Under the pieces are notes generated by a model, which worked only from the letters and a program-made list of their open reading frames with translations, did not search any database and was not told where the DNA came from. Both the position numbers and the translations under genes were made by a program. Shown piece by piece: positions 38,814-49,098 of a stretch of DNA of 64,000 nucleotides (its first letter is position 1; each line of letters begins with the position of its first letter). Source of the DNA: a virus; IMG/VR virus record IMGVR_UViG_3300044655_001360; one strand, 5' to 3'.

Positions 38814-39662
38814 TTAGTCAACGTCAATCCAAGTATAACCATCATTCGTCCTTTCTCCATAGGTATCCGAGTTCATTCTTGTATGACTAGGATTTAAACC
38901 TGCACTTTCAAGAATGTCATCACGAATTTCACGATTTCTTTTCTCTATGTTTATCACACGTAAGAAGGCGTTTGTGCAACATTGTGTGTAGAAACTGAAT
39001 GGATTTGATGATTTAGACTCGTCAAATTGAAGAGCAACCTGCGATAATTGTAGGATTGCTTGCCCTCGCATCTCATCTATGTAGGTGTAGCCACGGACGT
39101 TACTACGCGAAGAATAGCGATCAGCCAATTTCATTAACATCTTACCTAATAAGTTAGACATCTGACCTTTTGTGATACTGAAATGGCCGGTATCGACATC
39201 ACCATCCCAATGGCTTTTACCAACACAAACCAACTCTTTATTCTCATTGAATTTCCAATGTTGGAAAGGTGGGAAGTTTACTTTAGCACGACCATCAGCA
39301 ACAGTTTTAACCGTTTTCTTACGGTCTGGCTGCAGGGGAATGTGGTCAAACGTCATGATTCTGAATATTAAATCATTTTCACAAATTGTGGTGTAATCGA
39401 CTTCAAATTCGATTGCTGGAATTTTCTTACCAGCTTCTAGTTGGGCTTTCTCGTGCGCTGCTCTTGATAAGCGAGTAGCACGGCTTTGTTTAGCATCGTT
39501 TATTGTATCTTCATTAATTTCACCGATATCAGTTACGATGCAATCATAGAATCCGAATTCAGGTTTTGTATATGAACAAAAAGTGTTTTTACTTGCATGA
39601 ATTGCTTTTAGTAACTCTTTGTTCGTCAAATACTTTGCTTTTGGTACTACGTGGTCAGCCAT
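38814..39662 (-). CDS. gp55: late-transcription sigma factor (T4 gp55-like)
   Basis: YLTNKELL, GYTYIDEM and FDESKSSNPFSFYTQ...NAFLR motifs; close to gp47/gp46. Confidence 0.8.
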   Translation of the reverse strand: MADHVVPKAKYLTNKELLKAIHASKNTFCSYTKPEFGFYDCIVTDIGEINEDTINDAKQSRATRLSRAAHEKAQLEAGKKIPAIEFEVDYTTICENDLIFRIMTFDHIPLQPDRKKTVKTVADGRAKVNFPPFQHWKFNENKELVCVGKSHWDGDVDTGHFSITKGQMSNLLGKMLMKLADRYSSRSNVRGYTYIDEMRGQAILQLSQVALQFDESKSSNPFSFYTQCCTNAFLRVINIEKRNREIRDDILESAGLNPSHTRMNSDTYGERTNDGYTWIDVD

Positions 39663-39743
39663 TAACTCTCTCCAAATGAATATATAAGACCTATTATACC
39701 ACAAAAAATAGTAATAAATAGTACTAATAGGAGAATATTTATC

Positions 39744-40811
39744 ATGGCATTACCATCAATTTCATTTGCAGATTTAGCTGCATCACAAGCACCGCCGTCT
39801 GCATCACAGGCAGCGATAAGCAGTGCTATTACGCCAACGTTTTCGAATACTACTAATACTGTCTCTAATGCTAGTGAAATGGCTAACTTGGATGGAATGG
39901 CTTTTGGGCGTGCAAATGGCAGTAGCACTGGATCTGGTTTAATTGCCGGTGCTGGTGACTTAGCTAATGAAGCATTGGGTGGTGTCGGTGGTGTTTTATC
40001 AACTGCATTTGGTGCAGTCGGAGGTGGCGTTTCTTCTGCGTTATCTGCTGTAACCAGTTTAGCATCCGGTGATATTTCTGGTTTTGCTAGTCAGATATCA
40101 AAAGCGGCTGGTAACTTGAATGATCTACTAAGTATGAAGCGAAGTTCCAATTTACCATCTGGTGCAGAATTGTTTGCGGAACAACGAGCAACCGTTCTTG
40201 TATCACCCGGAACAGAGAACGATTGGCGTGTACGAATCGATGCACCGTGGGAGCAGTTTAATTCACCTTTATTCAGTAAGCATCTGGAAAATACTGGAGG
40301 TGTTGTTTGGCCATATCTACCGAATATAACAGTAGCATCAAAAGCAAATTATTCAAATCCAGATATAACACATAGCAACTATGCAATTCAAGCGTATAAA
40401 AATAGCCAAGTGGAAGATATCCAAATTTCAGGTGAGTTCACCTGTGAAACAGAAACAGATGCACAGTATTGGTTAGCTGCAACGACTTTCTTTAAAACAG
40501 CAACTAAAATGTTTTTTGGACAAGGTGCACATGCTGGTAACCCACCCGTAGTATGTTGGTTATCTGGGTATGGACCAGGAGTATTCAATCGAGTTCCGAT
40601 TGTCATTAAATCATTCAGCGTAGAACTAAAAGATTCGGTAAATTACATTCGATGTAATTCTGAGAGTGGTGGAGCACCTACTTGGGTTCCAATTATTAGC
40701 ACCGTGACTGTTACAGTTAGTCCAATATATAACAGAACAACAATTCGTAAATTCAGTCTAACTGATTACGCTAAAGGTAATTTAACAACAAATGGAGTAG
40801 GATTCTTATAA
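39744..40811 (+). CDS. baseplate/tail-tube-associated protein
   Basis: first gene of the baseplate operon; GNPPVVCWLSGYG..VFNRVP; TAAATA at about 39715. Confidence 0.55.
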   Translation: MALPSISFADLAASQAPPSASQAAISSAITPTFSNTTNTVSNASEMANLDGMAFGRANGSSTGSGLIAGAGDLANEALGGVGGVLSTAFGAVGGGVSSALSAVTSLASGDISGFASQISKAAGNLNDLLSMKRSSNLPSGAELFAEQRATVLVSPGTENDWRVRIDAPWEQFNSPLFSKHLENTGGVVWPYLPNITVASKANYSNPDITHSNYAIQAYKNSQVEDIQISGEFTCETETDAQYWLAATTFFKTATKMFFGQGAHAGNPPVVCWLSGYGPGVFNRVPIVIKSFSVELKDSVNYIRCNSESGGAPTWVPIISTVTVTVSPIYNRTTIRKFSLTDYAKGNLTTNGVGFL

Positions 40812-41110
40812 TGGCAACGTATTCAAACTTATCGCCTTGGTATGCAACTCCACAAAATAACTTATACCTAGATTTAATGGTTATGAGACCGGTTCCTGCA
40901 GAAGCAGACGACCATGTTTATTCTATTGAGCAGCAATATCGGCATCGACCAGACTTATTAGCATACGACTTGTATGGCACGCCAAAACTATGGTGGGTGT
41001 TTGTTCAGAGAAACATGAGTACAATAAAAGATCCAATTTACGATTTCGAAACTGGTGTTTCGATATATCTACCAAAGAAAAGCAATTTAATGAAATACTT
41101 AGGTTTATAA
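40811..41110 (+). CDS. baseplate wedge protein (gp53-like)
   Basis: RPDLLAYDLYGTPKLWWVF. Confidence 0.75.
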   Translation: MATYSNLSPWYATPQNNLYLDLMVMRPVPAEADDHVYSIEQQYRHRPDLLAYDLYGTPKLWWVFVQRNMSTIKDPIYDFETGVSIYLPKKSNLMKYLGL

Positions 41111-41111
41111 C

Positions 41112-43634
41112 ATGGCAGAAGCTATCACATTTCCGTTACAAGAACCTGGTTCTACTATAACAATGACCCAAATGATTAGGGTTGGTACTGGTACAACCCC
41201 AGTACCTGCTAATATCACGCAGGGTATTGCCAATAGAATTACTCCTGAATTTGAATCAACGAAAACTCAAGACCATAAGGCTACGTCAAAAGCATCTGAA
41301 TTACCTAATGTATTTCCAAATATACTTGAAAACTTTGCAACAATTAATCACTTGTTCACATTTGCTTGTTTAACTAAAGAACAGCACAATGACCCGGCAT
41401 CCTATCGCAATAACCCCGGAGATTTGGAAAAGATGCCAGATGGCAAAGGTTTGATCGTGTTTGCATCGGCTGGAAGATATGACGCTTCGAGGGTGCGTAC
41501 TTATCACGGAACTCCAGAGTATTTTGTGGATAACTTTATCATCAATAACGTAATATCTTCTGGACCGCAGAACGGTGTTTCACCAGCTGCTAATTTCACG
41601 TTTGATGTTTATGAACCGTATTCGTTGGGTATTTTATTAGAAAGTATGCAGAATGCTGCTGTGAAAGCAGGATATTCTAGCTACGGAGAAGCACCTTTTT
41701 TAATGAGGATCGATTTTCAGGGGTATGGTGATGATGGTACCGAATTGAGTCTTATAAAAAGTAAGTATTTTCCAATTCGATTGACTACAGTTAAGTTCAA
41801 GGCAAACGAATCTGGTAGTACATATAAAGTTACTGCAGTTCCTTATAATCATATTGGATTTAGTGGACTTTATAATACGTTGTACACGGATGTGAAGTTA
41901 GTTGCTGCAAAAGAATCATCTGTAGCGGAATTATTGAAAACAGGTGAAGGTAGTCTAGTAAATTATCTAAATGAGCTAGAGGCAAGTGCTGTTAAAAATG
42001 GGCAACGTAAGATAAAGAACATATTTGATATACAGTTCCCACCAAAATCGGCTGATCACACCTCGATGAAAGACCCAGAATCGCAACTAAAAAAAGGCGA
42101 TACTGCGAGTAAAGCCACGTTTAATCCATACCAATCATCACAATCTACTACAGTTGGTGGTAATACTGACGCGGCCAACGGTACTACGTTGATGAATGAT
42201 ATTGGGTTATCGACATTTGATTTCACTGAAGGTAGTGGTGGTATCGTACCAATGGCAAGAGCAGGGGTAGCATTTGATGAAAAGACTGCGATTATAGACA
42301 AGAAGAAAGTAAACTGGGATAAAACCACACGAGCGTTTCAATTTCCAGGTGGTATGTCAGTAACTGATGTAATATCACAAACTGTTCTTAGTTCGTCTTA
42401 TATACGAAATGCGATAGAAGAAGGCAAAAAGACCAATGGTATGGTGAAATACTTTATGATAGATGTTCAGGTAGAATTGCTTGAGTATGATATTGTAACA
42501 AATGACTTTGCTAAAAAGGTAACATTTAGGGTTGTGCCGTATTCAGTAGACCAAGCTATGTTTTCAAATCCAGCAGCCAATCTAACAGCAGAACAACACA
42601 TTAAACTGAATATTTGCAAAGGTTACGAATACATATATACCGGTAAGAATACTGACATTCTCAAATTTGATATTGAGGTTAATAATCTGTTTTTCAAACC
42701 GATGAACCCATCGACCGAGCAAATCACTGGTAAAGGAACAAAAGCAAATCCAGATCAAGGTGGTATCGTCGATACGCCGATGAAACAAACAAATCTTCAA
42801 GTTGGTGCTAAACCTGAAAATTTAACAGACCTACATGCACCGCTATTGAAAAACCCAGCAGCAGTTGATTCTGCTATACAAGCAGGTGGTTCTGGTATAG
42901 AAACAACTGAGATGCAAATTGCAAAAGCCTACCATGAAGCATTTATTGACTCTGGTACGGCTGACATGGTTAAGTTGAATCTGGAGATATTAGGAGATCC
43001 ATACTGGCTAAGTGATCACGGGATTGGAAACTATTACGTTGAAGAATCAACGGATTCGTCACTAAAAACTAAAGATGGTACTATGAACTATCAGGATGCG
43101 CAGGTATATGTTTATCTACGATTTAGATCACCGATTGATGTTAATACAACATACAACGGCGGTGACTCACGTGGTTTGTATCTTTTTGCTAGTGATGATG
43201 TTGCGATGAAAGAAAACGATTTTAGTGGAATCTATCGAGTAACCAGGTGTGAAAGTATATTCTCTGGTGGTGTTTTTAAACAAAAGTTGACCTGCTTGAG
43301 ACAACCAAAACTATCAGTCGATGCACCAAAAACTGGTAATGATACCACGAATAACGCAATGGTTAATTTGGGTGGAGATCAGCCATTACCATCTTCATTG
43401 AACGAACAAATGAATTTGGCTATTCCACCAGAAACCACGCCAACACCAACGGAACAAACTACTTCAACTGGGCAATCGTACAATATTATTGATCGATATA
43501 AACCAGAAGACAAGGCGAGAGTTACTAAAATGTTAAATTCACAACCAGGAAGTAACGATCCGTTGAGTATGGGAAGTGTTTTACCACAGCATACCACAAC
43601 GTCGTATAATGCGGATAACAGTACTAAAATTTAA
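41112..43634 (+). CDS. putative baseplate hub protein
   Basis: LEILGDPYWL and SGIYRV...F.QKL motifs; upstream of the gp5-like gene. Confidence 0.55.
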   Translation: MAEAITFPLQEPGSTITMTQMIRVGTGTTPVPANITQGIANRITPEFESTKTQDHKATSKASELPNVFPNILENFATINHLFTFACLTKEQHNDPASYRNNPGDLEKMPDGKGLIVFASAGRYDASRVRTYHGTPEYFVDNFIINNVISSGPQNGVSPAANFTFDVYEPYSLGILLESMQNAAVKAGYSSYGEAPFLMRIDFQGYGDDGTELSLIKSKYFPIRLTTVKFKANESGSTYKVTAVPYNHIGFSGLYNTLYTDVKLVAAKESSVAELLKTGEGSLVNYLNELEASAVKNGQRKIKNIFDIQFPPKSADHTSMKDPESQLKKGDTASKATFNPYQSSQSTTVGGNTDAANGTTLMNDIGLSTFDFTEGSGGIVPMARAGVAFDEKTAIIDKKKVNWDKTTRAFQFPGGMSVTDVISQTVLSSSYIRNAIEEGKKTNGMVKYFMIDVQVELLEYDIVTNDFAKKVTFRVVPYSVDQAMFSNPAANLTAEQHIKLNICKGYEYIYTGKNTDILKFDIEVNNLFFKPMNPSTEQITGKGTKANPDQGGIVDTPMKQTNLQVGAKPENLTDLHAPLLKNPAAVDSAIQAGGSGIETTEMQIAKAYHEAFIDSGTADMVKLNLEILGDPYWLSDHGIGNYYVEESTDSSLKTKDGTMNYQDAQVYVYLRFRSPIDVNTTYNGGDSRGLYLFASDDVAMKENDFSGIYRVTRCESIFSGGVFKQKLTCLRQPKLSVDAPKTGNDTTNNAMVNLGGDQPLPSSLNEQMNLAIPPETTPTPTEQTTSTGQSYNIIDRYKPEDKARVTKMLNSQPGSNDPLSMGSVLPQHTTTSYNADNSTKI

Positions 43635-43642
43635 GGACTACG

Positions 43643-45205
43643 ATGGCGAATATATCAAGACCAGCAGATAACACGCAAGGTGGAGCCAAGTTAGGTTCTG
43701 GTGTTTATGAAGCTAGGATTATCAATAACATAGACCCAACATACATGGGTTGTTTAGAAGTTACATTGCTTAAATCTCAGGGAAATGAGATTGGTAATGA
43801 AAAACAATCATATAACGTAAAGTACGCATCACCTTTCTTTGGGTACACAACGCATGAACATATGGGTCAAAATACGGCTGATAAATCAACTACATTGGAT
43901 TCATTCAACGATACCCAGAAAAGTTATGGGATGTGGTTTGTTCCACCAGATATCGGTGTTACTGTTCTCGTTATTTTTGTTGACGGTGATGCATCAAAAG
44001 GTTATTGGTTTGCATCAGTACCAGCGAGATTTGCTAATCACATGGTTCCTGGAATTGCTGGGTCATCTATGGTTGATATGGACAAAACCGATTCCGGTTC
44101 GTTTGATACTAAAAGTCCATTACCTGTTGGCGAAGTCAATAGACGAGCCAATACTAAAGAACGAATCGCTGACCCAGAAAACATAAAAAAGGCATTACAT
44201 CCAATGGCTGCCTGTTACTTGGAGCAAGGCTTAGTTGAAGATGATATCAGAGGCGTGACAGACAGTTCTAGCCGCAGAGAAGCCCCTAGTATGGTATTTG
44301 GTATCTCAACACCAGGACCACTTGATAGACGCAAAGGTGCTAAAAAAACAAAGATTGGATCTAACCAAAGTCAATCACCATCAGCAGTTCCAGTAAGTAG
44401 ATTGGGTGGTACACAGTTTATCATGGATGACGGTCATGATGGAAAGAGAAGAGAATCACATGCATCTACCGGTCCAATGAAATACGTTGACGTTGTTGCT
44501 AGCGGTGGCAAAGGTGATTCCAACATTCCATATAACGAGCACTTTAGAGTAAGAACAAGAACCGGCCATCAAATATTGATGCACAACTCGGAAGACTTGA
44601 TTTACATCGGCAATGCCAGAGGAACTGCTTGGATTGAACTTACCAGTAACGGTAAAATTGATATATATGCACAAGATTCTATATCAATTCATACAGAAAA
44701 TGATTTCAATATTAGAGCAGACCGCGATATCAACATGGAAGCTGGTAGAAATTTCAACTTGAGTGCCGGTGCTGATTCTGGTTTAGGTGGAATTCACATG
44801 GAAAGTGCTGGTAACACTAGTATTGTTATTGGTGCTAATGGGCAAATAACAACAGCAACTAATTTGGATATTGCCACTGGGTCGTCTAATAAATTTTCGG
44901 CTGGTTCATCTACGCATATCAAGAGCGGTGCTAGTATGGTAGCAACTGCTGATCAAATTCATATGAATGGCATTGCAGCAGCCGATGCAAACCCAGCAGT
45001 TCCATTAAAAGTTCATGACAACCCATTGACTAGTTCAAGTAATGCTTGGAAAACTGATAGGTATCAGGCAAAGAAACCATTTCAAAGTATACTAAAAAGA
45101 ATTCCAATGCACGAGCCTTGGTCGATGCACGAGAATTTAGATCCAACAAAGGTTGTTCCAGACAAAACAGATATAGCGAAGGAAGGGAAAAAACGTGGCG
45201 AGTAA
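43643..45205 (+). CDS. baseplate central spike (gp5/VgrG-like OB-fold)
   Basis: DPTYMG.LEV, GMWFVPPDIGVTVLV and RTRTGHQI motifs plus beta-helix-like repeats. Confidence 0.75.
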   Translation: MANISRPADNTQGGAKLGSGVYEARIINNIDPTYMGCLEVTLLKSQGNEIGNEKQSYNVKYASPFFGYTTHEHMGQNTADKSTTLDSFNDTQKSYGMWFVPPDIGVTVLVIFVDGDASKGYWFASVPARFANHMVPGIAGSSMVDMDKTDSGSFDTKSPLPVGEVNRRANTKERIADPENIKKALHPMAACYLEQGLVEDDIRGVTDSSSRREAPSMVFGISTPGPLDRRKGAKKTKIGSNQSQSPSAVPVSRLGGTQFIMDDGHDGKRRESHASTGPMKYVDVVASGGKGDSNIPYNEHFRVRTRTGHQILMHNSEDLIYIGNARGTAWIELTSNGKIDIYAQDSISIHTENDFNIRADRDINMEAGRNFNLSAGADSGLGGIHMESAGNTSIVIGANGQITTATNLDIATGSSNKFSAGSSTHIKSGASMVATADQIHMNGIAAADANPAVPLKVHDNPLTSSSNAWKTDRYQAKKPFQSILKRIPMHEPWSMHENLDPTKVVPDKTDIAKEGKKRGE

Positions 45206-45635
45206 ACTATACAATCAAACAAAGGTTGCAACGAATACCGTATCAATGGGTGATGTAAACAATGGTGCGTTTGTTTATAAAGGTTTTTCGACCTTAAACG
45301 ACTCAAATAATACACAAGCGTATGATATCAACTTGGTTAAACGAGATTTGATTAATCACTTTTATATTCGTAAAGGTGAGAAGTTAGAAAATCCAGCATT
45401 TGGTACTATCATTTGGGATATGTTGTTTGAACCAATGACGACTCAAACTAAGAAACTAATCGCTGACGACGTACAAGCTATTGTTAATTATGATCCAAGA
45501 ATGCAAGTTAACAGCGTATCGGTTACAACCACTGACATGGGCATCCAGATTGCAGTTAATTTAACTTATCTGCCATTCAATGTCAACGAGCAGATGACTT
45601 TAAATTTTGATAAAAACAATGCAATCCTAGTCTAA
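45195..45635 (+). CDS. gp25: baseplate wedge subunit (gp25-like)
   Basis: RKGEKLENPAFG...LFEP...YDPR. Confidence 0.85.
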   Translation: MASKLYNQTKVATNTVSMGDVNNGAFVYKGFSTLNDSNNTQAYDINLVKRDLINHFYIRKGEKLENPAFGTIIWDMLFEPMTTQTKKLIADDVQAIVNYDPRMQVNSVSVTTTDMGIQIAVNLTYLPFNVNEQMTLNFDKNNAILV

Positions 45636-45680
45636 AATCTAGCTAAAAAACTGGCTAAATAGTTGAATCAAGGAGTAACA

Positions 45681-48600
45681 ATGACCACGACTACACGCCA
45701 AAACGATCTAATATTAAACGAGGATTGGACTAGAATATACCAAACCTTTAAGAATGCTGATTTCAAATCTTATGATTTTGAAAATCTACGCAGGGTAATC
45801 ATTACCTATATACGAGAAAACTACCCTGAAGATTTCAATGATTACATCGAATCATCGGAATATATGGCATTAATTGATGCCATGGCGTTTCTCGGCCAGT
45901 CATTATCTTTTAGAATCGATTTAGCTAGTCGTGAAAACTTCTTAGAACTAGCAGAAAGAAAAGCAAGTGTACTCAGAATTGCACAGATGCTGAGTTACAA
46001 ACCAAAAAGAAACATAGCAGCTAGTGGGTTGTTGAAATTCACATCTATTACCACGTCTGAAGAAATATTAGATAGTAATGGTAAAAATCTAGCACAGCAG
46101 TACATCACTTGGAATGACCCAACCAATTCTAATTGGTATGAGCAATTCATCTTAGTGTTAAATTCAGCAATGACTCCTAATACTGAATTTGGTCGTAGTC
46201 AAGGAACAGCAACCATTGGTGGTGTAACAACAGACCAATATCGTTTTAATACTGTTACGACGGACGTACCAATCTATTCTTATACAAAATCAGTTGCTGG
46301 TCGTACCATGGCATTTGAGATTGTCAGTACATCATTCAAAAATAGTGAAACTATCTACGAAGAACCACCATTGGCTGGTAATCAGATGGGTTTTGTGTAT
46401 CGTAATGATGGAAGTGGACCAAGTAGCACCGATTCTGGTTTCTTTATGTTATTCAAGCAAGGGAGTTTAGAACTTGCTGATTTTGCAATTGATGTACCAA
46501 CAACCAATGAAAAGGTAGCCGTTGATACAGCCAATATCAATAATGATGATATCTGGCTATTCGGGTTGAGTTCAGCCGGAGCCCAATCAAATCAATGGGC
46601 TCAAGTAGACAATCTAGTTGGTAGTAATATTGCATACAACAGTATTTCACGTAGCATTCGTAACATTTTCAGTGTAACAACCAAAGAAAACGACGCAGTT
46701 GATTTAATATTTGCTGATGGCGTTTATGGTAATTTACCACAGGGTAAGTTTAGACTATTCTATAGAGTAAGTAATGGTCTTACATATACAGTATCACCAA
46801 CTGAAATGACTGGTATTAACATTGCAGTTCCGTATATAAACAAAGATGGTGCTGCGCATACAGCAACGATTGGATTGGCATTACAATCTACGGCTTCTAA
46901 TGCAACTGCGACTGAAAGTGTGGATAGTATTCGTACAAATGCACCTGCTACATATTATACACAAAACCGTATGATAACAGGTGAAGATTACAACTTAGCT
47001 CCACTTTCTAGTTCACAAGACATTTTAAAAATAAAAGCAGTTAATAGAACATCTAGTGGTATTTCAAGAAACTTTGAAATAATTGATGTTAGTGGTAAGT
47101 ACAGTTCGATTAACGTATTTGCTGATGATGGTTTTATCTACAAAGAAGCAACCGAAAGAGCATTGTCTTTTAAGTTCAGTAATAAACTAGACATCATTAA
47201 CTTCATTAGAAAGTCAGTTGAACCTGCATTGGCTGGTACTGACGTTTATAACTTTTATCTTACTAAGTTTACAAAGAAATCATTCGATACGGTTTCACCG
47301 ACAACCTGGGTATTGAAAACATCAGATGTCAATTTGTCAACTGGTTATTTGCAAAGTACCGATGGTACTCCAGAAATTAAAAGAGTAGGATTATCGTATG
47401 GTACTGGTAACTATACGTATATTTCGTATGGTGCGATGGTTAAGTTCACACCACCAGCAACTTTTGCGTTTAAAAATGGACAACTGGTTACGGCAAACGC
47501 AAGTGATCCATTACAAACAGATAGAATCTGGGCAAAAGTAATCAGAGTCGTTGGTGATGGATCGAATGGTGGAGTTGGTGTATTAGCAAACGGTATGGGA
47601 GCCATTTCATTTAATGACGTAATACCAGATGGTTCTATATTAACACAGGTTGTTCCAAAATTTGTTAATGATTTACCTGCTGCGTTAGAAACTGAAATGG
47701 TTAATCTGGCATTTCAAAATTTAAACTTTGGGTTGCGTTACTCGGTGGATGATGCTTCATGGCATATAGTTTCCGCATCAAATATAGACTTAACTACTAA
47801 CTTTAGCTTAACAAATGCTGGTAATACATCGGATACTAACGTAGACGCATCTTGGATAATTGCCTTTGTAAAAGAGGCTGATCAATATTCAGTAAGAATA
47901 CGAGGATTGGATTATGTATTTGGTAGTGTTGCGCAGAATAGATTCTATTTTGATTCACACGAAAAACGATATAATGACCAAGTAGGTAAAGTTGTAAAAG
48001 ATAGTATTAAGATACTCGGTATTAATACTGCAAGTGATCTATCTAATCAATTGAAGTCAGACATTCCATTTGAAATCAATGATGTTGTTCAGTATGATGA
48101 TGGTTACGAAAGTAATGTCGAAGTTAAGTTAGCATTTAGTGATAGTGATAGCGATGGAGTTATCGATAATCCAGATGCATTCGAAATTATTGTCGGACCG
48201 GATGTTACTCGTAATTATCTATTCTTCAAAGAAGTCAAAGACGGTGCTGGTAGTATTGTATTTGAGTTAGTTGATACTACGGTAGAACCAGTAATTGTAA
48301 TGGAAACTGAAAAAACAATTGATTTGTCATTGTATACTGATGGACAACTCATTTACTTCTACACAGAAGCCGAAGATTATATAAAACGAGTTAATCAAAC
48401 TACCAAATCATTAGTAATGGAAAGCACGTACAAAGCTAACATAGGTAGATCGGGTTTGAAATTTCAATACTTACACAACGCAAGTTCAAGTAGAAGAATT
48501 GATCCAAGTGCAAGTAACATTATGGACATTTCTATTATGACTCGTTCTTATGATGATGCATTTAGAACCTATTTGGCTGGCGGTTCAACTATAGAACCAA

Positions 48601-49094
48601 CACCACCTAGTAGTGATATGCTTAGAATCAACTTTGGTTCTAAACTGAATGCAATTAAATCCATTAGCGATGAGATCATTTACCACCCGGTTAAGTATAA
48701 AATCTTATTTGGTGCAACTGCTGATCCTAAATTACAAGGACAGTTCAAAGTAGTTAAGAACCCAAACAAAACAATCAATGACAACGACCTTAAAGTTCGT
48801 ATTATCACCGCGATTAATACATTCTTTAATATTGCGTATTGGGATTTTGGTGATCGCTTCTTCTTAACTGAGCTAACTACTTATGTATTGAACACAGTAT
48901 CACCTGATATTAGCAATTTTGTTCTTGTACCAAGACAAACAGACCAAGTATTCGGTAGTTTATTTGAGATTCAAAGTAAACATGATGAAATCTTAATCAG
49001 CGGTGCAACCGTTGATAATATTGACATCGTAACATCAATCTCAGCAACCGAAGTTAGAGCAGAATCGACTGCAATCACCACAACAACGAACTAG
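45681..49094 (+). CDS. gp6: baseplate wedge subunit (gp6-like)
   Basis: DFENLR, ENFLELAE and ESVDSIRTNAP..YYTQNRMITGEDY motifs; AAGGAG RBS. Confidence 0.8.
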   Translation: MTTTTRQNDLILNEDWTRIYQTFKNADFKSYDFENLRRVIITYIRENYPEDFNDYIESSEYMALIDAMAFLGQSLSFRIDLASRENFLELAERKASVLRIAQMLSYKPKRNIAASGLLKFTSITTSEEILDSNGKNLAQQYITWNDPTNSNWYEQFILVLNSAMTPNTEFGRSQGTATIGGVTTDQYRFNTVTTDVPIYSYTKSVAGRTMAFEIVSTSFKNSETIYEEPPLAGNQMGFVYRNDGSGPSSTDSGFFMLFKQGSLELADFAIDVPTTNEKVAVDTANINNDDIWLFGLSSAGAQSNQWAQVDNLVGSNIAYNSISRSIRNIFSVTTKENDAVDLIFADGVYGNLPQGKFRLFYRVSNGLTYTVSPTEMTGINIAVPYINKDGAAHTATIGLALQSTASNATATESVDSIRTNAPATYYTQNRMITGEDYNLAPLSSSQDILKIKAVNRTSSGISRNFEIIDVSGKYSSINVFADDGFIYKEATERALSFKFSNKLDIINFIRKSVEPALAGTDVYNFYLTKFTKKSFDTVSPTTWVLKTSDVNLSTGYLQSTDGTPEIKRVGLSYGTGNYTYISYGAMVKFTPPATFAFKNGQLVTANASDPLQTDRIWAKVIRVVGDGSNGGVGVLANGMGAISFNDVIPDGSILTQVVPKFVNDLPAALETEMVNLAFQNLNFGLRYSVDDASWHIVSASNIDLTTNFSLTNAGNTSDTNVDASWIIAFVKEADQYSVRIRGLDYVFGSVAQNRFYFDSHEKRYNDQVGKVVKDSIKILGINTASDLSNQLKSDIPFEINDVVQYDDGYESNVEVKLAFSDSDSDGVIDNPDAFEIIVGPDVTRNYLFFKEVKDGAGSIVFELVDTTVEPVIVMETEKTIDLSLYTDGQLIYFYTEAEDYIKRVNQTTKSLVMESTYKANIGRSGLKFQYLHNASSSRRIDPSASNIMDISIMTRSYDDAFRTYLAGGSTIEPTPPSSDMLRINFGSKLNAIKSISDEIIYHPVKYKILFGATADPKLQGQFKVVKNPNKTINDNDLKVRIITAINTFFNIAYWDFGDRFFLTELTTYVLNTVSPDISNFVLVPRQTDQVFGSLFEIQSKHDEILISGATVDNIDIVTSISATEVRAESTAITTTTN

Positions 49095-49098
49095 AACT